Part shown: positions 1 through 45,121 of the stretch, piece after piece
How the letters are laid out: every line of letters begins with the position of its first letter
Position numbering within the stretch: the first letter of the stretch is position 1
Origin: Macrostomum lignano
Lineage: Eukaryota
Assembly: GCA_002269645.1 (NCBI GenBank)
Contig: NIVC01003356.1
Location: forward strand, 1-64,000
Reading direction: 5' to 3'
Length of the DNA: 64,000 nucleotides
Position numbers and translations under genes: made by a program
The notes under the pieces: generated by a model
Database searches by the model: none
Told to the model about the DNA's origin: nothing
The model's input: only the letters and a program-made list of their open reading frames with translations

Positions 1-130
1 CGGAGTTGTTCCGCTGCATCCCGATGTGGAATTCAAAGTCGTTCCTGTGTATATTGTTACGGATTGCAATTGCTTGGTTGAATGTAGCTTATTCGCTAAA
101 TAGTACGCTTGAGGCATTTTAGCAAATACA

Positions 131-521
131 CTAGCAATCAGCCCCCCGTTGGGGAGCCAAAAAATGCAGTACAAGTTTTTTAATAAACTACATGTAGCAT
201 CTCTTTGCAATATACCTCAGCAGTCCCTTGTAGGCCTTGACATGTCAGCTATTCCTCCCCCCCCCACAAGCCTTAGCATATCAACTTCCCCCCTTGACAT
301 CGCAGCGATGCCCCCTATAAGCCTTGAAATCTTAAAAAATCTGTCAACCTGCTAACCCTAACCTTAGCGCTAACCATAACCCTAACCCTAACCTAGTCGT
401 TCCGCTGCATCCCGATGTGGAATTCAAAGCCATTCCTGTGTATATTGTTACGGATTGTAATTGCTTGGTTGAATGTAGCTTATTCGCTAAATAGTACACT
501 TGAGACATTTTAGCAAATACA
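131..521 (-). mobile_element. Helitron-like non-autonomous unit in head-to-tail tandem (next copy runs off the window start)
   Basis: Positions ~8-130 duplicate ~398-521. The minus strand ends in hairpin GCTCCCCAACGGGGGGC, then TGATTG-CTAG|T. Internal CCCTAA-like repeats at 351-393. A related copy lies at about 19335-20060, interrupted by the MITE. Confidence 0.45.
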
Positions 522-959
522 TGAAAGGGCTGAGAAAGCTTTTTGTTAGAGCAGGAAAAACTCAAAGTATCATCTTTGTTCTCATCCAGCGGATTCGAAA
601 AGACCCCGGTCCGTGTGCGGATGGCTCCCGAAAAATTAAATAATCTTCAAGTGAGGTTAATGAGGGTTTTTTTTTTTTTACATCCCCAAAGCAGGTGATA
701 CAAAGTAGCCTATTAACCCTGCCTCCGAGATTTAAACGTGGATGCTGCTTAACCTCGGGAAGATCAGTAATTTAGCTGCTGGAGATATTAAACTTATTTA
801 TTTACTGATAGATAGATAGATAGCCAGGTTGTCTGCAGTGGCCGGTCTTTTTCAATTATTTTCCACCATTCACCGGTTTAGCGAGTCTTCTGGTCTGAGC
901 GATCGTCTGCCGCTTGTGAGCAGTTAAAGAACATCATGCGCTGGTGATGCCTTCAACAA

Positions 960-1790
960 GTACTGGTTAACTACAAGAGGCTGTCGCTGCCTCGCTTGCC
1001 CCGATGTACTGGCGTCATCAGCTACAGAATAAATGGGTTGCCATCTATTGTGACAACGTCCGTGCCTGCGAGATAATTTACAAGGACTCCTCCAAGGAGG
1101 TCCGGCTGCTGCAGTTACTGGAGTCTGCTGCCCTGCAAGGCGTAAAGCAGAACTTCATCATTACCGTCCATCATGTGCCGACTCTCTTTCAGCTGTTTAA
1201 TGATGCTGCCTCCCGCCTGCATTGTAGGCAGGTAGTGATGAATTTTGTGTTACGTGCCGATGCAGCATGCTCTTTTTGTCCGCTGGAGACTGCTGGTCAT
1301 GCGCCCAGCCTAGCCCCGCCCAGCCCTTTTTCTTTTCTCATTACAGCCTATGCGCTCTGTCGTCTAAGAAGTCAGTCGCAGTGCGCTCCTGTCTCTACCT
1401 GCTGTGGTGCCGATCTGTCAAGGACGTCGCGAACTATGTTGGCCGGTTGTCGGACAACTTTTAAAGCTCATTTAGAAGTGTTCGGGTGCACATCAGTGCG
1501 TTTTCAGTTAACTTCCGTAGGCAGGGGCGCCAGATCTGACCAAGCACTCGCTGCTGCACCTGCACCTTGACCTGGGGGGGGGCAAAGCGCGAGCCTGGGC
1601 GGAATCGAGTCGCAAGCTGCCAGCATCGCTGGAGAACCTGATGAGACTGCACAGTCCAGTTGACTGCTTGAACCTTCTACAGGCGGCCTGCTGGGTGGCA
1701 GTTTTGTGTAGAGGAATGTCCCAGGAAGTTCTGCCTGCTGCAAGCGAGTCACTTTGACCCGCATGTGCTACGCTTTAGCAATCTGTCAAA
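960..1790 (+). mobile_element. Degenerate DIRS/Ngaro-like tyrosine-recombinase retrotransposon fragment (RNase H plus start of YR)
   Basis: LQEAVAA..YW..LQNKWVAIYCDN..IIYK.SSK..LLQLL..NFIITVHHVP..DAASRL resembles DIRS RNase H. Broken frames downstream give VANYVGRL, LHSPVDC..AACWVA and HFDPHVLR, resembling the YR N-terminal part. Confidence 0.65.
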
Positions 1791-2279
1791 GTTCAAAGGT
1801 CTGCTGCTGACTTTCTATTCTTGTACAGAGTGCTGGTTCCAGCACTGACACTTGCCACCCGCTATGTCCCGTTGCTGGTCTGTTTTCTTTCGTCCATTAT
1901 TCATCTGGACTTGACGTCTTGAAAACTCGACTCGCTGTGAACTGCTACCTTGACGTGTGACGCTTGGTGCAGCTCAAAAGTTTGCAACTGCAGTTTTTTG
2001 ACAGCGGTTCTTGCTAGTTTTCTTTCTTTTGATCGAAGTTTTTCCTTCTGGCTTTTGGAAGGTTTAGTGCCCTCTTTCTTGTTTTCGACAGCTTCTATCC
2101 TATTCCCGTTCTGTTTTTTGTGGGTGGCGGTGAAAGCTAATTAAAAGCAAAATCTGACGATCGAAACAAAATGTTTCACTTCAATGGTTGAGTTTTTACG
2201 ACGATCAAGTTTTGGTTTTTGGAGTGCCAGGCACAGATGTCAGTTATTATTGCTACAATCTGATCTACGTCAGACTCAC

Positions 2280-22747
<20,468 letters not shown>

Positions 22748-23447
22748 GTCTTCTTGGCCAAAGCAGTAATTTAGAAGCGCATGATTTTGTAAGTTTGGCA
22801 TGCAAGTCTTGCAAAGATGACTCGGAGGCAGTCAGACTTATAAATAGGCTCCCAACCCCCATGCCACATCTGTTTGTTTTCCTTGATGATTCTGATGTGG
22901 TCCTTGGTTTCACGTACTCCGCAAGCTCAACTATTCTCAGTGGTTGGCCCAGCTTGCGCCCCCATTTACATGTATAAAACTTGTTAGAAAAATTTTATTG
23001 TGCATTTGATAATTTTATAATTTGATAATTGTGCATTTGACGGATAAGGCAGGCTTCTCAGTCTCACTCTGTTAGACTCTTAGAAGCCAGACTTTCAAGT
23101 CATCGCATTCATCATGCTTCTTTGTCGATCACCCTTCAGAGAGTACCAGAGCGCCAGTACTAAATACGAACTACGTCATGCAATATTATTGATGGAATTT
23201 TCTCATTATGTATTAAAATAGCAGCACATATTTTAGCCAGAAATCCATTTGAGGGTAAACTCACACGTCTATCTACTTCGATGTTCAATCTCTACGAGCT
23301 AAAATTTTGATCAGAAATTTTCCTGATTTGAATGTGTTGGCTTGGAGATTTTTCAATGTCGATTTCAATGTCGAAAATCGATGCAAGTTCGAATTTAATT
23401 GGCGGAACATATTGCCACACTGGAATGAAGCAAAAAGTATAATATAA

Positions 23448-23900
23448 GGTAAAGTAAAGTAAAGTAAAAGGTTCATATGTCTGATGGGTTTCGACCTTCG
23501 GGCTCCTTGTTAGGGAAGCCTTCAGGCCTCAGGCTCAGAAATAAATCAATTAGAGTCCTGGCCCCCCACTCCTGTCAGATGGTCAGCCCCATGGTAGCTT
23601 GATCGTGTGGCGAGCAGTCTAGGTCCTATAGCTAAGAGAGGGACAGCGAGAGACGAGCAGGGAGAATTTTGAAAGTAGAAATTAGCTAATCCGCAGATCA
23701 ACTAACCTGCTGCCACCAGCCCGTGCGCCCTGGCTCACCACACCGGGACTCTCGAAATCGGGCTTCCGACTAGAAGGGGCTTTGCACTTACCTGCCAACT
23801 AGTGTATTTTTGCTGTCAATCTCGAAGTCATAGCCGATGATAAGGGACACTGCTGGGACTAGATCGCGTTGGCCATGCAGGTACAGAGGGGACTTGTGCA
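23448..23900 (-). mobile_element. Possible retroposon 3' end with (TTTAC)n tail
   Basis: (GTAAA)4 at 23448-23468 abuts a GC-richer non-coding block. No ORF; extent uncertain. Confidence 0.3.
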
Positions 23901-24804
23901 GGGGATTCTTGCGGTGGCGAGTCTATGGGGTAGCTACATGTACTATTACATTGCTAAATACGAAGATATGTACTTTTAGCCTTCAACGCGCCAACTAGCC
24001 TCTCATAGCGCTGATGATAGGCTAACTCGAACTTCAGAGACCGCATGATTCATTTACCCGAGCCGCTTGGCTACCCTAGAGTGCACAAAGTACATCTCTG
24101 GCGCCGATTCTGCACTTTTGGCAGTTTTGCTCACTGATTTGTTAGATTGGTCGACTGAGAACTGCCTTGCCATTGGTCCACTGTGACCGGCGCCTACTAG
24201 CTTAGCTACTCATCTGAGCCATCGGCGAACAAAGAAATAAAGCCGACAAAGATAACTGTTAGATTTAACCTTCTCCTTAATTCACTTCACACTTTAGATC
24301 GAATTGGAGTCTTAGACTACTGGCAGTATTATTGAATGATTCCTGCCTCAGCAACAGCACTACTGAACAAAATGAGCAAAAGCGTGCGCCTAATTCAGCT
24401 ACTGCAACAGGGGACAGAAAAGGGATCACCCAATCAAGCAAGTCTAGGTAGCCTCTCACCCAACCAATCAGAAACTCAACAGCCGGAGACCAGGTATTAC
24501 ACAGTGACCGAATCGGCTCGATGCTCTGCAGCTGTAGACTCGGGATGATGCTGTCACAATCTTCGCTGTTAGCTAGCAGGTGATGCTCTTAACTGGATGT
24601 TCGCTGCTGTCGACCGGGGGACTCGTCCTTGATGATGATGGGGGAAGTTGCAATCCGGGGATCAAGAAACGACGGTCGTGCTCCGGGAACCAGAAGTTGC
24701 GCGCTGGGCCCGAGCCAAAGTAAGAAGAAGTTGCGTCCGAGCGGGCCAAAAACTCCGGTTTAAATAGCCGCCAACTGGACCGCAGTTTGTTATAACGGAA
24801 CACG

Positions 24805-24895
24805 TCGATTCTGATTGGCTGAGCCGTTTTGTTAAAATGAGCGCCGAATTTTCTGATTGGCTAAGCTCGTTGCTACCCAGAATCACGTGACCGAG
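24805..24895. promoter_or_regulatory. Candidate promoter cluster between the divergent lectin and GALC genes: two CCAAT boxes and a CLEAR-like E-box
   Basis: CTGATTGGCT occurs twice (~24812, ~24853) and TCACGTGAC lies at 24883-24891, in a GC-richer island. Confidence 0.4.
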
Positions 24896-26210
24896 AGATC
24901 CTATCAGTTCCCACAGGGTCGTAAAAAGATGACAGGTGCGGCCATAAATCACTCAAAATTGCAACAAAATGATTTATGACTTTTCGCGTAGGATTGACAG
25001 AAATTAATGAAAAAATATACATTAGAAAGCTCTTATTAAATAGAAAGTGAAGATAATGAAGAGAAATCGCTAATCGCTAATCCCAAGGTACTTTTAGGGG
25101 TACAACGCATAGCTGTCAAAGCTGTCACACGCTTGAGTGAATCCGAACAATAGGCTCTGACCTCATAAATCTTGATGGCCTGTCAAAATGATGAGAAAAA
25201 AGCTACCGCCCGCATCCTCTCAGACCATCTGGCGCCCGCTTCAACACTGAGTGAGGCGCAGGTGGCTGTCAGATCAGCTTCGAAAGCGATGATTTATGAC
25301 CCAAAAAGCTGCGCCTATGCTATTATGACTACTAGTATGGCCAGACATTATATCTAGTATAAATTCTATGAAAATTCGCAGAAAAAGGATAAAAATGCCC
25401 ACTGCCCACTGTTAGTAGGCAAGTAAGTTTAGAGCCCATGTGCTAGCGCGGGATTTGGGAAAAAGTGCGTCCTCATCATGTCAACATTGCGAATTAAAAT
25501 ATCAACATTTCTGATAGTCTTGCTGTAAATGTTTACATGGCGCATGGGTTTGGTGCGCACTGTGTGAATCTCGGTGATTGTAGTTGTTAACGTGTAGCCC
25601 CGATCAGTTATCGATTTCAGTCTGTTTGTTTTGGTCGGTCTGGAGCCGGGCTTCAGGTTCCATTCTAGCACCTTCTGAGTGTAATTTCTTCGTTATTGTG
25701 TTTTTGCTTCTACAGTATATATATTAACTAAAGTTTTTTCTCAGAAAAGTGATTGGGAGAACAAAGGTATTGATATGCCCATTGCTTCCTTTTTCTTCAT
25801 CATGCTGGAGCTTTTTAGAATATAGACATAAGAAAGACACGCAACTCCAACATACTGTGTGTAATAAAAAATCTTCGCACCTCAGAGTTAAATACGTTTA
25901 CGGAAGATTTAAACATATAAACAAACATTTCAAAGAACTGTTTGATTTTGCGTGATCAGATTGTACCTGTAGCGTTTAAAATTTTCAAAAAATTATATTT
26001 AATATTTCGAAGTATTTAGCTTAAAAAAATTTTTTCAATGAGATAACAAAGTCTAATGATTTGACTTCGTGGTCACTGCCTAATTCTCATGATCGAGGAA
26101 GAAGAGAATCGAGAATCGGTCTATACTGTCCTATGCTAAATACATGGCAGTGATCAGGTGGTAGTGGTAGTGCTAGTTCTTAGCTTGTGAAGTAGTAAAT
26201 TAAATTTAAA

Positions 26211-38392
<12,182 letters not shown>

Positions 38393-38599
38393 TTACCTTG
38401 ATTGAGTTATGGACATTAGTTTTTTACCTTAACTAGTTTAGTTGGTTTCGATAAAAATGTGAATTATTATAATTTAAATCAGATTGATTACACTGCCAAT
38501 TGATGTTTGTTAATTTTACGTGCAGATTAATTATTAGTGCGTTGGTTAGGAAAAATACTGCGAATCTGAATAAACTACGGGATGTTAAAAGTTCTATGG

Positions 38600-38820
38600 G
38601 ATATGGGATGTTTTAGATCTGGAGGGGTTTAGTTTAGTATCTCTAATATTTTGGGGATCTTTGAAATTTTGGGGATCTTTGAGATTTCAGGGATCTCTGA
38701 GATTTCAGGGTATTTTTGAGATTTTAGGGATGTTTGAGATTTTGGGGATCTTTGAGAGTTTTGGGAACTTGAAGATTTTGGGGATCTTTGAGACTTGGGA
38801 TCTTTGAATTTGGGATTTTT
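38600..38820. repeat. Degenerate GGGATCTTTGAGATTTT repeats (related inverted tract at ~47390-47660)
   Basis: Direct reading; the 47.4-47.7 kb tract reads GATCCCAAAGTCAAAAA. Confidence 0.65.
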
Positions 38821-39031
38821 TCGTGATTCAAGAATCGAATGCTTTTCATTGCTGATGATGGAAGTAACAGTGATTTTTGTATTGTTTGCCCACTTATTCA
38901 GGTTCCTAGTTGTAAGCAGCTCTTTAAATTTGATCAATGTCAATAATTACCACACTAATCATTTTTAAGCTCTTTCAAATCGTATGCTTTATTGAACAAA
39001 AATTCCTTTAATATAATAGACACACACTCTA

Positions 39032-40541
39032 GGGTGTCTATTAATCGTATCCTGGGAGGATACGATTCCTCCCAGGGTCCTGAAGCTACCAGAGCTGACC
39101 CCCGCCATCACCGAGGTGCTGAACAAGCACTGCAGTCTTGGAGGCGACGCGGCCGCCTGCGCGCCCCCACAATGGCGCACCTCCAAGATCATTTCCATCC
39201 CGAAGAAGGGGGCTTCTACAAGCCTGGACAACCAGCGTGGCATTGCGCTGGAATGTACCACGGCAAAGTTGCTGAATGCTGTGCTGCGCAACCGCCTCCT
39301 GCCAGGTCTCAACCCACTGCTGCTGAGTCTCCAGAGCGGTTTTCGGCCAGGCAGGTCCACCACTGAGCAGGTTGCAACCATCCGCTCAATCATTGAGGCC
39401 TGCAAGACCCGCCTGCGCTCCGTGTCGATTGTCTTCGTGGATTTCCGGAAGGCTTTTGACTCGGTGGCCAGGCTAGCGATTGCATGGCTGCTGTCCTACT
39501 ACGGCGTCCCCCCTGCACTGGTGGCTGCGGTGATGGATCTGTACAGCGATTCCAGGGCATTTGTTCAGTCGAGCGACGGCCCCACTGATGAGTTCAGCAC
39601 AAGCTCTGGCGTCCTTCAGGGCGACACGCTGGCTCCTCTGCTTTTCATCATGGTCGTGGACTACGTGCTGCGCCGGTCTCTCCATGATGACGACGGCTAT
39701 GTGCTAGTCCCACGTCGAAGCTCCCGACACCCTGCAGTCCCGCTGCCGGCTCTTGCGTATGCAGACGACATCGCACTCCTCTGTCGCGATCCAGCTGCTG
39801 CCCAACGCGCTCTCTTAAGACTCTGCGAGGAGGGCGCTCGGGTTGGACTGATGATCAACGCACTGAAGACAGAAGTGCTGCACGTGGGCACTGATACCGC
39901 CCCGGCACTAGATCTGCCCAACGGAGACGCCATCGCGGTGTGCGAGGACTTTCGGTACCTCGGCTCCCTGGTGATGAGTCCCGACTCCATCGTCTCCGAC
40001 AGAAGGAATCAGGCCTGGCGTGCGGCGCACCTTCTCAGGAACGTCTTCAACTCTGCTGCAAGAGACAGCCTGAAGGTGCGCCTCTTCCGCGCTGCCGTTG
40101 AGCCTATCCTTCTGTACGGCATGGAAGCAGTGCCGATGACCGCCACGCGAGAGAAAGCCCTGGACGCGCTGTACAGGTCCCTGCTGCGCCACGCCCTGGG
40201 CGTGCACTACCCGGAGAGGCTGCCGTCCAGAGACCTGATGGTTCGCGCCGGCGTCCCAGCCCTGAGCGTCACCCTGCGCCGGCGCCGCCAGATGCTGCTG
40301 GGCCACTGTCTGAGGAGCCACGGTCGCGGCGAGCGAAACCCGCTTGCGCTGGTCCTCCTGCACCAACCGACCGAGCGGCTGCGCCGCGGCCAAGGAAGAA
40401 CTGTGACGCTAATTACCACTCTGTTGGCTGACTTGCAGGCTATCGGACTTGATCCCCAGTCCGCCATGGCCTGCCCCTCCCGACTGTTCTGCGAGCGCGT
40501 GCGCGCAAAAGCTATCTAACTTTTTGCGTCTTTATATATAT
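39032..40541 (+). mobile_element. 5'-truncated RTE-like non-LTR retrotransposon with uninterrupted RT ORF (39116-40519)
   Basis: IPKKG..NQRGIAL, QSGFRPGRST.EQ, FVDFRKAFDS, GVLQGDTLAPLLF, LAYADD, FRYLGS. No endonuclease domain. 12-bp TSD ACACACACTCTA at 39020-39031 and 40542-40553, short (TA)n tail, GC visibly higher than the flanks. Confidence 0.93.
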
Positions 40542-41004
40542 ACACACACTCTACTTTGTCAGTAGTGCACTAAAAATTATTTGTGCCATTTTTGTAACTT
40601 TTGGATACTCACTTAACAGTTCTTTTAAATGGCTATTTATTATACAATAATAAAATATGATTTTTGCTACGATTTTTAAAAAAGAATTTTGTTTGTTAAG
40701 TCTTCAAAAATCGTTTTATTTCTTTTTCAAACTGAGCGAGAGCATCTTGAGTCAAACAATTGACAGATTTTTACTAAATTAGTGCTAAAAAGTGTAAGAA
40801 AACTTTGCTAAGCCTAAAATTTTAGTGATTAGTCAGTAGGTTGTCTGCTGTCTGCCACAACCTTCTTTAATGTACCATCAATGCGCCTTCTGCCACAGCA
40901 TTCACTTATCAACAGTGGGTCACGTTATAAACATATAAGTCCTTTGTGTCACGTCAGTCCTTAGATATGCGAAATTAATTTCAGTTTTTTTAATATCTAA
41001 GTTT

Positions 41005-41780
41005 GAGTTCGCTCACGCACTCAATCACTTACTCAGTAACTCGCATAATCACTCAATCACGATCACTCGCTCAATCACTCACTCACTCACCTCACTCAAT
41101 TACTCTTTCACTCACTCACTCACTCAATCAGTCACTTAATCACGATCACTCACTCAATCACCTCACTCACTCACTCACGATCACCTCACTCACTCAATCA
41201 CTCACGATCACCTCACTCAATCACTCACTCACTCAATCACTCACTCACTCACTCACTCACTCACCCACTCAATCACTCACGATCACCTCACTCAATCACT
41301 CACTCACTCACGATCACCTCACTCACTCAATCACTCACGATCACCTCACTCAATCACTCACTCACTCAATCACTCACTCACTCACTCACTCAATCACTCA
41401 CGATCACCTCACTCAATCACTCACTCACTCACTCACGATCACCTCACTCAATCACTCACTCACGATCACCTCACTCAATCACTCACTCACTCACGATCAC
41501 CTCACTCAATCACTCACTCACGATCACCTCACTCAATCACTCACTCACGATCACCTCACTCAATCACTCACTCACTCACGATCACCTCACTCAATCACTC
41601 ACTCAATCATTAAATCACTCACTCACTCACTCAATTCATTCAATCACTCTTTTACTCACTCACTCACTCACTCAATCACTCTTTCACTCAATCACTCAAT
41701 CACTCACGATCACCTCACTCAATCATTCACTTAATCACGATCACCTCACTCAATCACTCACTCAGTCACTCGCTCAATCA
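41005..41780. repeat. (TCAC)n-based compound satellite
   Basis: TCAC runs with recurring CACGATCACCTCACTCAATCACT. Confidence 0.95.
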
Positions 41781-42049
41781 CACTGCTTATCAATGAAGTT
41801 GCAATAAGCTGTCGGGGGGCGGTTCCTGGCCCCAAGCTTTACTTAGCTTCTCCCCGCCGCAAGATTTTGGGCGCGAAAGCAAACACTCTCAGCTTACCTC
41901 CGGAAATTGAAGTTGACGATATTCAATAGTGAAGTAAAGCAGTGAATTTAGCAGTGAGGCAATCTCTGTAGGTCTTTTGCCTTTAAATTTTTCTTTTTGT
42001 TTCCATGGAGAATTTTTTTGTATTGGTTGTGTAGATTTTGTCTTTTTAT

Positions 42050-42830
42050 GTCTTTGATTTCACCCTCTGGCCTGCTTACCCTCCCTTATCTTATCCTCTG
42101 CCCTGCTTACCCTCCCTTATCTCACCCTCTGGCCTGCTTACCCTCCCTTATCTCACCCTCTGGCCTGCTTACCCTCCCTTATCTCACCCTCTGCCCTGCT
42201 TACCCTCCCTTATCTCACCCTCTGGCCTGCTTACCATCCCTTATCTCACCCTCTGGCCTGCTTACCCTCCCTTATCTCACCCTCTGGCCTGCTTACCCTC
42301 CCTTATCTCACCCTCTGCCCTGCTTACCCTCCCTTATCTCACCCTCTGGCCTGCTTACCCTCCCTTATCTCACCCTCTGCCCTGCTTACCCTCCCTTATC
42401 TCACCCTCTGCTCTCCCCTCTAACCCTCCCTTATCTCAACCTCTGTCTACCCTCTAAACCTCACTTATCTCACCCTCTGCCCTGCCTCTTACCCTCCCTT
42501 ATCTCACCCTCTGCCCTGCCTCTTACCCTCCCTTATCTCACCCTCTGTCTACCCTCTTACCCTCCTTTATCTCAACCTCTGTCTACCCTCTAACCCTCAC
42601 TTATCTCACCCTCTGTCTACCCTCTAACCCTCACTTATCTCACCCTCTGTCTACCCTCTAACCCTCACTTATCTCACCCTCTGCCCCGCATCTTACCCTC
42701 CCTTATCTCAATCTCTGCCCCGCCTCTTACCCTCCCTTATCTCACCCTCTGTCTACCCTCTTACCCTCACTTATCTCAACCTCTGCCCTGCCTCTTACCC
42801 TCTCCTATCTTACCCTCTGCCCTCCCCTCT
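42050..42830. repeat. 31-bp pyrimidine-rich minisatellite
   Basis: CTCACCCTCTGGCCTGCTTACCCTCCCTTAT with period 31, degenerating rightwards. Confidence 0.95.
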
Positions 42831-43304
42831 TACTCTCCCCTCTCTGTTCCATCTTCTCCTTTATTTTACCCTCCATGCTTGTAATACATTCTGTACTGCG
42901 GTCTGTTTACATTATAATGCATTATTTCTTTATCCTTGCCATATAGAAATTCCCTAGTTGCTATAGTTACATTCTGTGCGTCATCAAGTTAGATTATGAC
43001 TGCCCAAGATGTAATAACCAGCTTATTTTATTGTAATTTATGTTTATAGCTGTGTACCTTGCATGCATGCTCAATGTGCTGCACGAACTAGATAAGAGAA
43101 TCTGTCTTCTGTGTAATAAAAATTATGACCTTCTTTCTAGTTTCTTTTAGAAAATTTCATCTGTTCAAATTGTTTACAACTCTGCGAGTATTTCTTGAAC
43201 TTGCGCTTGAGTCCTAAATTTGCACCCTGTACCCTGGAAAAGCATTTTTATGCATTACCCACAAAACTACTTTTCGATATGACATAGTTTATGACCATTT
43301 AAAT

Positions 43305-43907
43305 CTCGTTATAGAGAATCGCGCCTCCCATCTCACCATAGAGAATCGCCCCTCCTATCTCCCCCCATAGAGAATCGCCCCTCCCATCTCCCCCCATAGA
43401 GAATCGCCCCTCCCATCTCACTATAGAGAATTGCCCCTCCCATGCATCTCCCCATAGAGAATCGCCGCTCCCATCTCCCCATAGAGAATCGCCGCTCCCA
43501 TCTCCCCCCATAGAGAATTGCCGCTCCCATCTCCCCATAGAGAATCGCCGCTCCCACCCCCCATAGAGAATCGCCGCTCCCACCCCCCATAGAGAATCGC
43601 CCCTCCCATCCCCTATAGAGAATCGCCGCTCCCATCTCCCCATAGAGAATCGCCCCTCCCACCCCCATAGAGAATCGCCGCTCCCACCCCCATAGAGAAT
43701 CGCCCCTCCCATCCCCCCATAGAGAATCGCCGCTCCCATCTCCCCATAGAGAATCGCCCCTCCCATCTTCACATAGAGAATCGCCCCTCCCATCTTCACA
43801 TAGAGAATCGCCGCTCCCATCTCCCCATAGAGAATCGCCGCTCCCATCTCCCCATAGAGAATCGCCCCTCCCATCTCCCCATAGAGAATCGCCCCTCCGA
43901 TCTTCAC
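43305..43907. repeat. 27-bp minisatellite, left part
   Basis: ATAGAGAATCGCCCCTCCCATCTCCCC repeated. Confidence 0.95.
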
Positions 43908-45121
43908 GGGATAGCGACGTTTGCCAGCGGGACGTTAGCCAGTCGACGTTAGCCAGCCGACGTTAGCCAGCCGACGTTAGCCAGCCGACGTTAGCCAGCC
44001 GACGTTAGCCAGCCGACGTTAGCCAGCCGACGTTTGCCAGCCGACGTTAGCCAGCCGACGTTAGCCAGCCGACGTTAGCCAGCCGACGTTAGCCAGCCGA
44101 CGTTTGCCAGCCGACGTTAGCCAGCCGACGTTAGCCAGCCGACGTTAGCCAGCCGACGTTAGGTCAGTGAGTGAAAAATTTGATACTGAAATATTCGCAG
44201 TTTAGCGGTTTTTTAGTCCAATTTTTTGACGGTTATTCGCATGTATAAAAGTTGGAAAACAAAATCTATCCAAATTATGCAGTTCATCAATCTAGCATCC
44301 AGTTTAACAACAATTTCTTTGAATGTGAAAATATCATAAAGTTTACTTCTGACAGTTTTGTATCGCTTTTCCTAGTTTGAGAAGTTTGATTTTTGATTTG
44401 CGATTGAAGACACGCAAATTTAAACGGGAATCTCCAGCGAGTCAAGTTTTGGACAATTAAAAGACCTGCTGAACGATAATTCTGGCTTGTATATTTCCCA
44501 GTTCATTGGGAAATCCAAAAGTAAGCGAATTAATTCCAATGCAGCTTGTCAAGTGCATGCTGTCATGGCCCAACTCCGTTAAGCAGAGTTTGGCTTTTGA
44601 GTTAAGTATATATAGGCGAGACTAGGCCAATACCATTATGGATGTCTCAGTCTTTTCCCATTTAGCTTGTAAACACTTAGCTTGTTTGGCCACTGAGATG
44701 GAAAGGGCCATTTCATGGCATGCATAGACATCAACTGTGACGATGGAAACTCCTATTTTGTATTTTTGTATTTAGGCAGACAAGAGCAATAACTTGAATA
44801 AGCCTGAACAGTAGTTTGTTAGTAACCTGTATATTTAATAGCAGTAGTAGGGAGCGAGGTGGAATTAGATTAGTGCTGTGTCCACAGCTTTCAAATGCAA
44901 GTACATGTAAGTCTAGAGAGGGCATACTTCTTTAACCAATTGCCGTCTGCAAATGTCCGGCTGGCAAACGTCGGCTGGCAAACGTCGGCTAGCAAACATC
45001 GGCTGGCAAACGTCGGCTGGCAAACGTCAGCTGGCAAACGTCGGCTGGCAAACGTCGGCTGGCAAACATCGGCTGGCAAACGTCGGCTGGCAGACGTCCG
45101 GCAGGCAAACGTCGTAGACCC
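43908..45121. mobile_element. Foldback element with TIRs made of 14-bp tandem repeats, inserted into a 27-bp minisatellite
   Basis: Termini GGGATAGCGACGTTTGCCAGC and (reverse complement) GGGTCTACGACGTTTGCCTGC. Arms are (GACGTTAGCCAGCC)n at 43916-44160 and inverted at 44955-45115. The flanks repeat the same 9-bp register of the host unit (GATCTTCAC / CATCTCCCC). Confidence 0.75.

Noticed and set aside
351-393. Telomeric (CCCTAA)n repeat
   Set aside because: Only a few imperfect units embedded in a dispersed repeat; not a chromosome end.
39473-40467. Minus-strand ORFs inside the RT element
   Set aside because: Antisense shadows of a GC-rich coding region.
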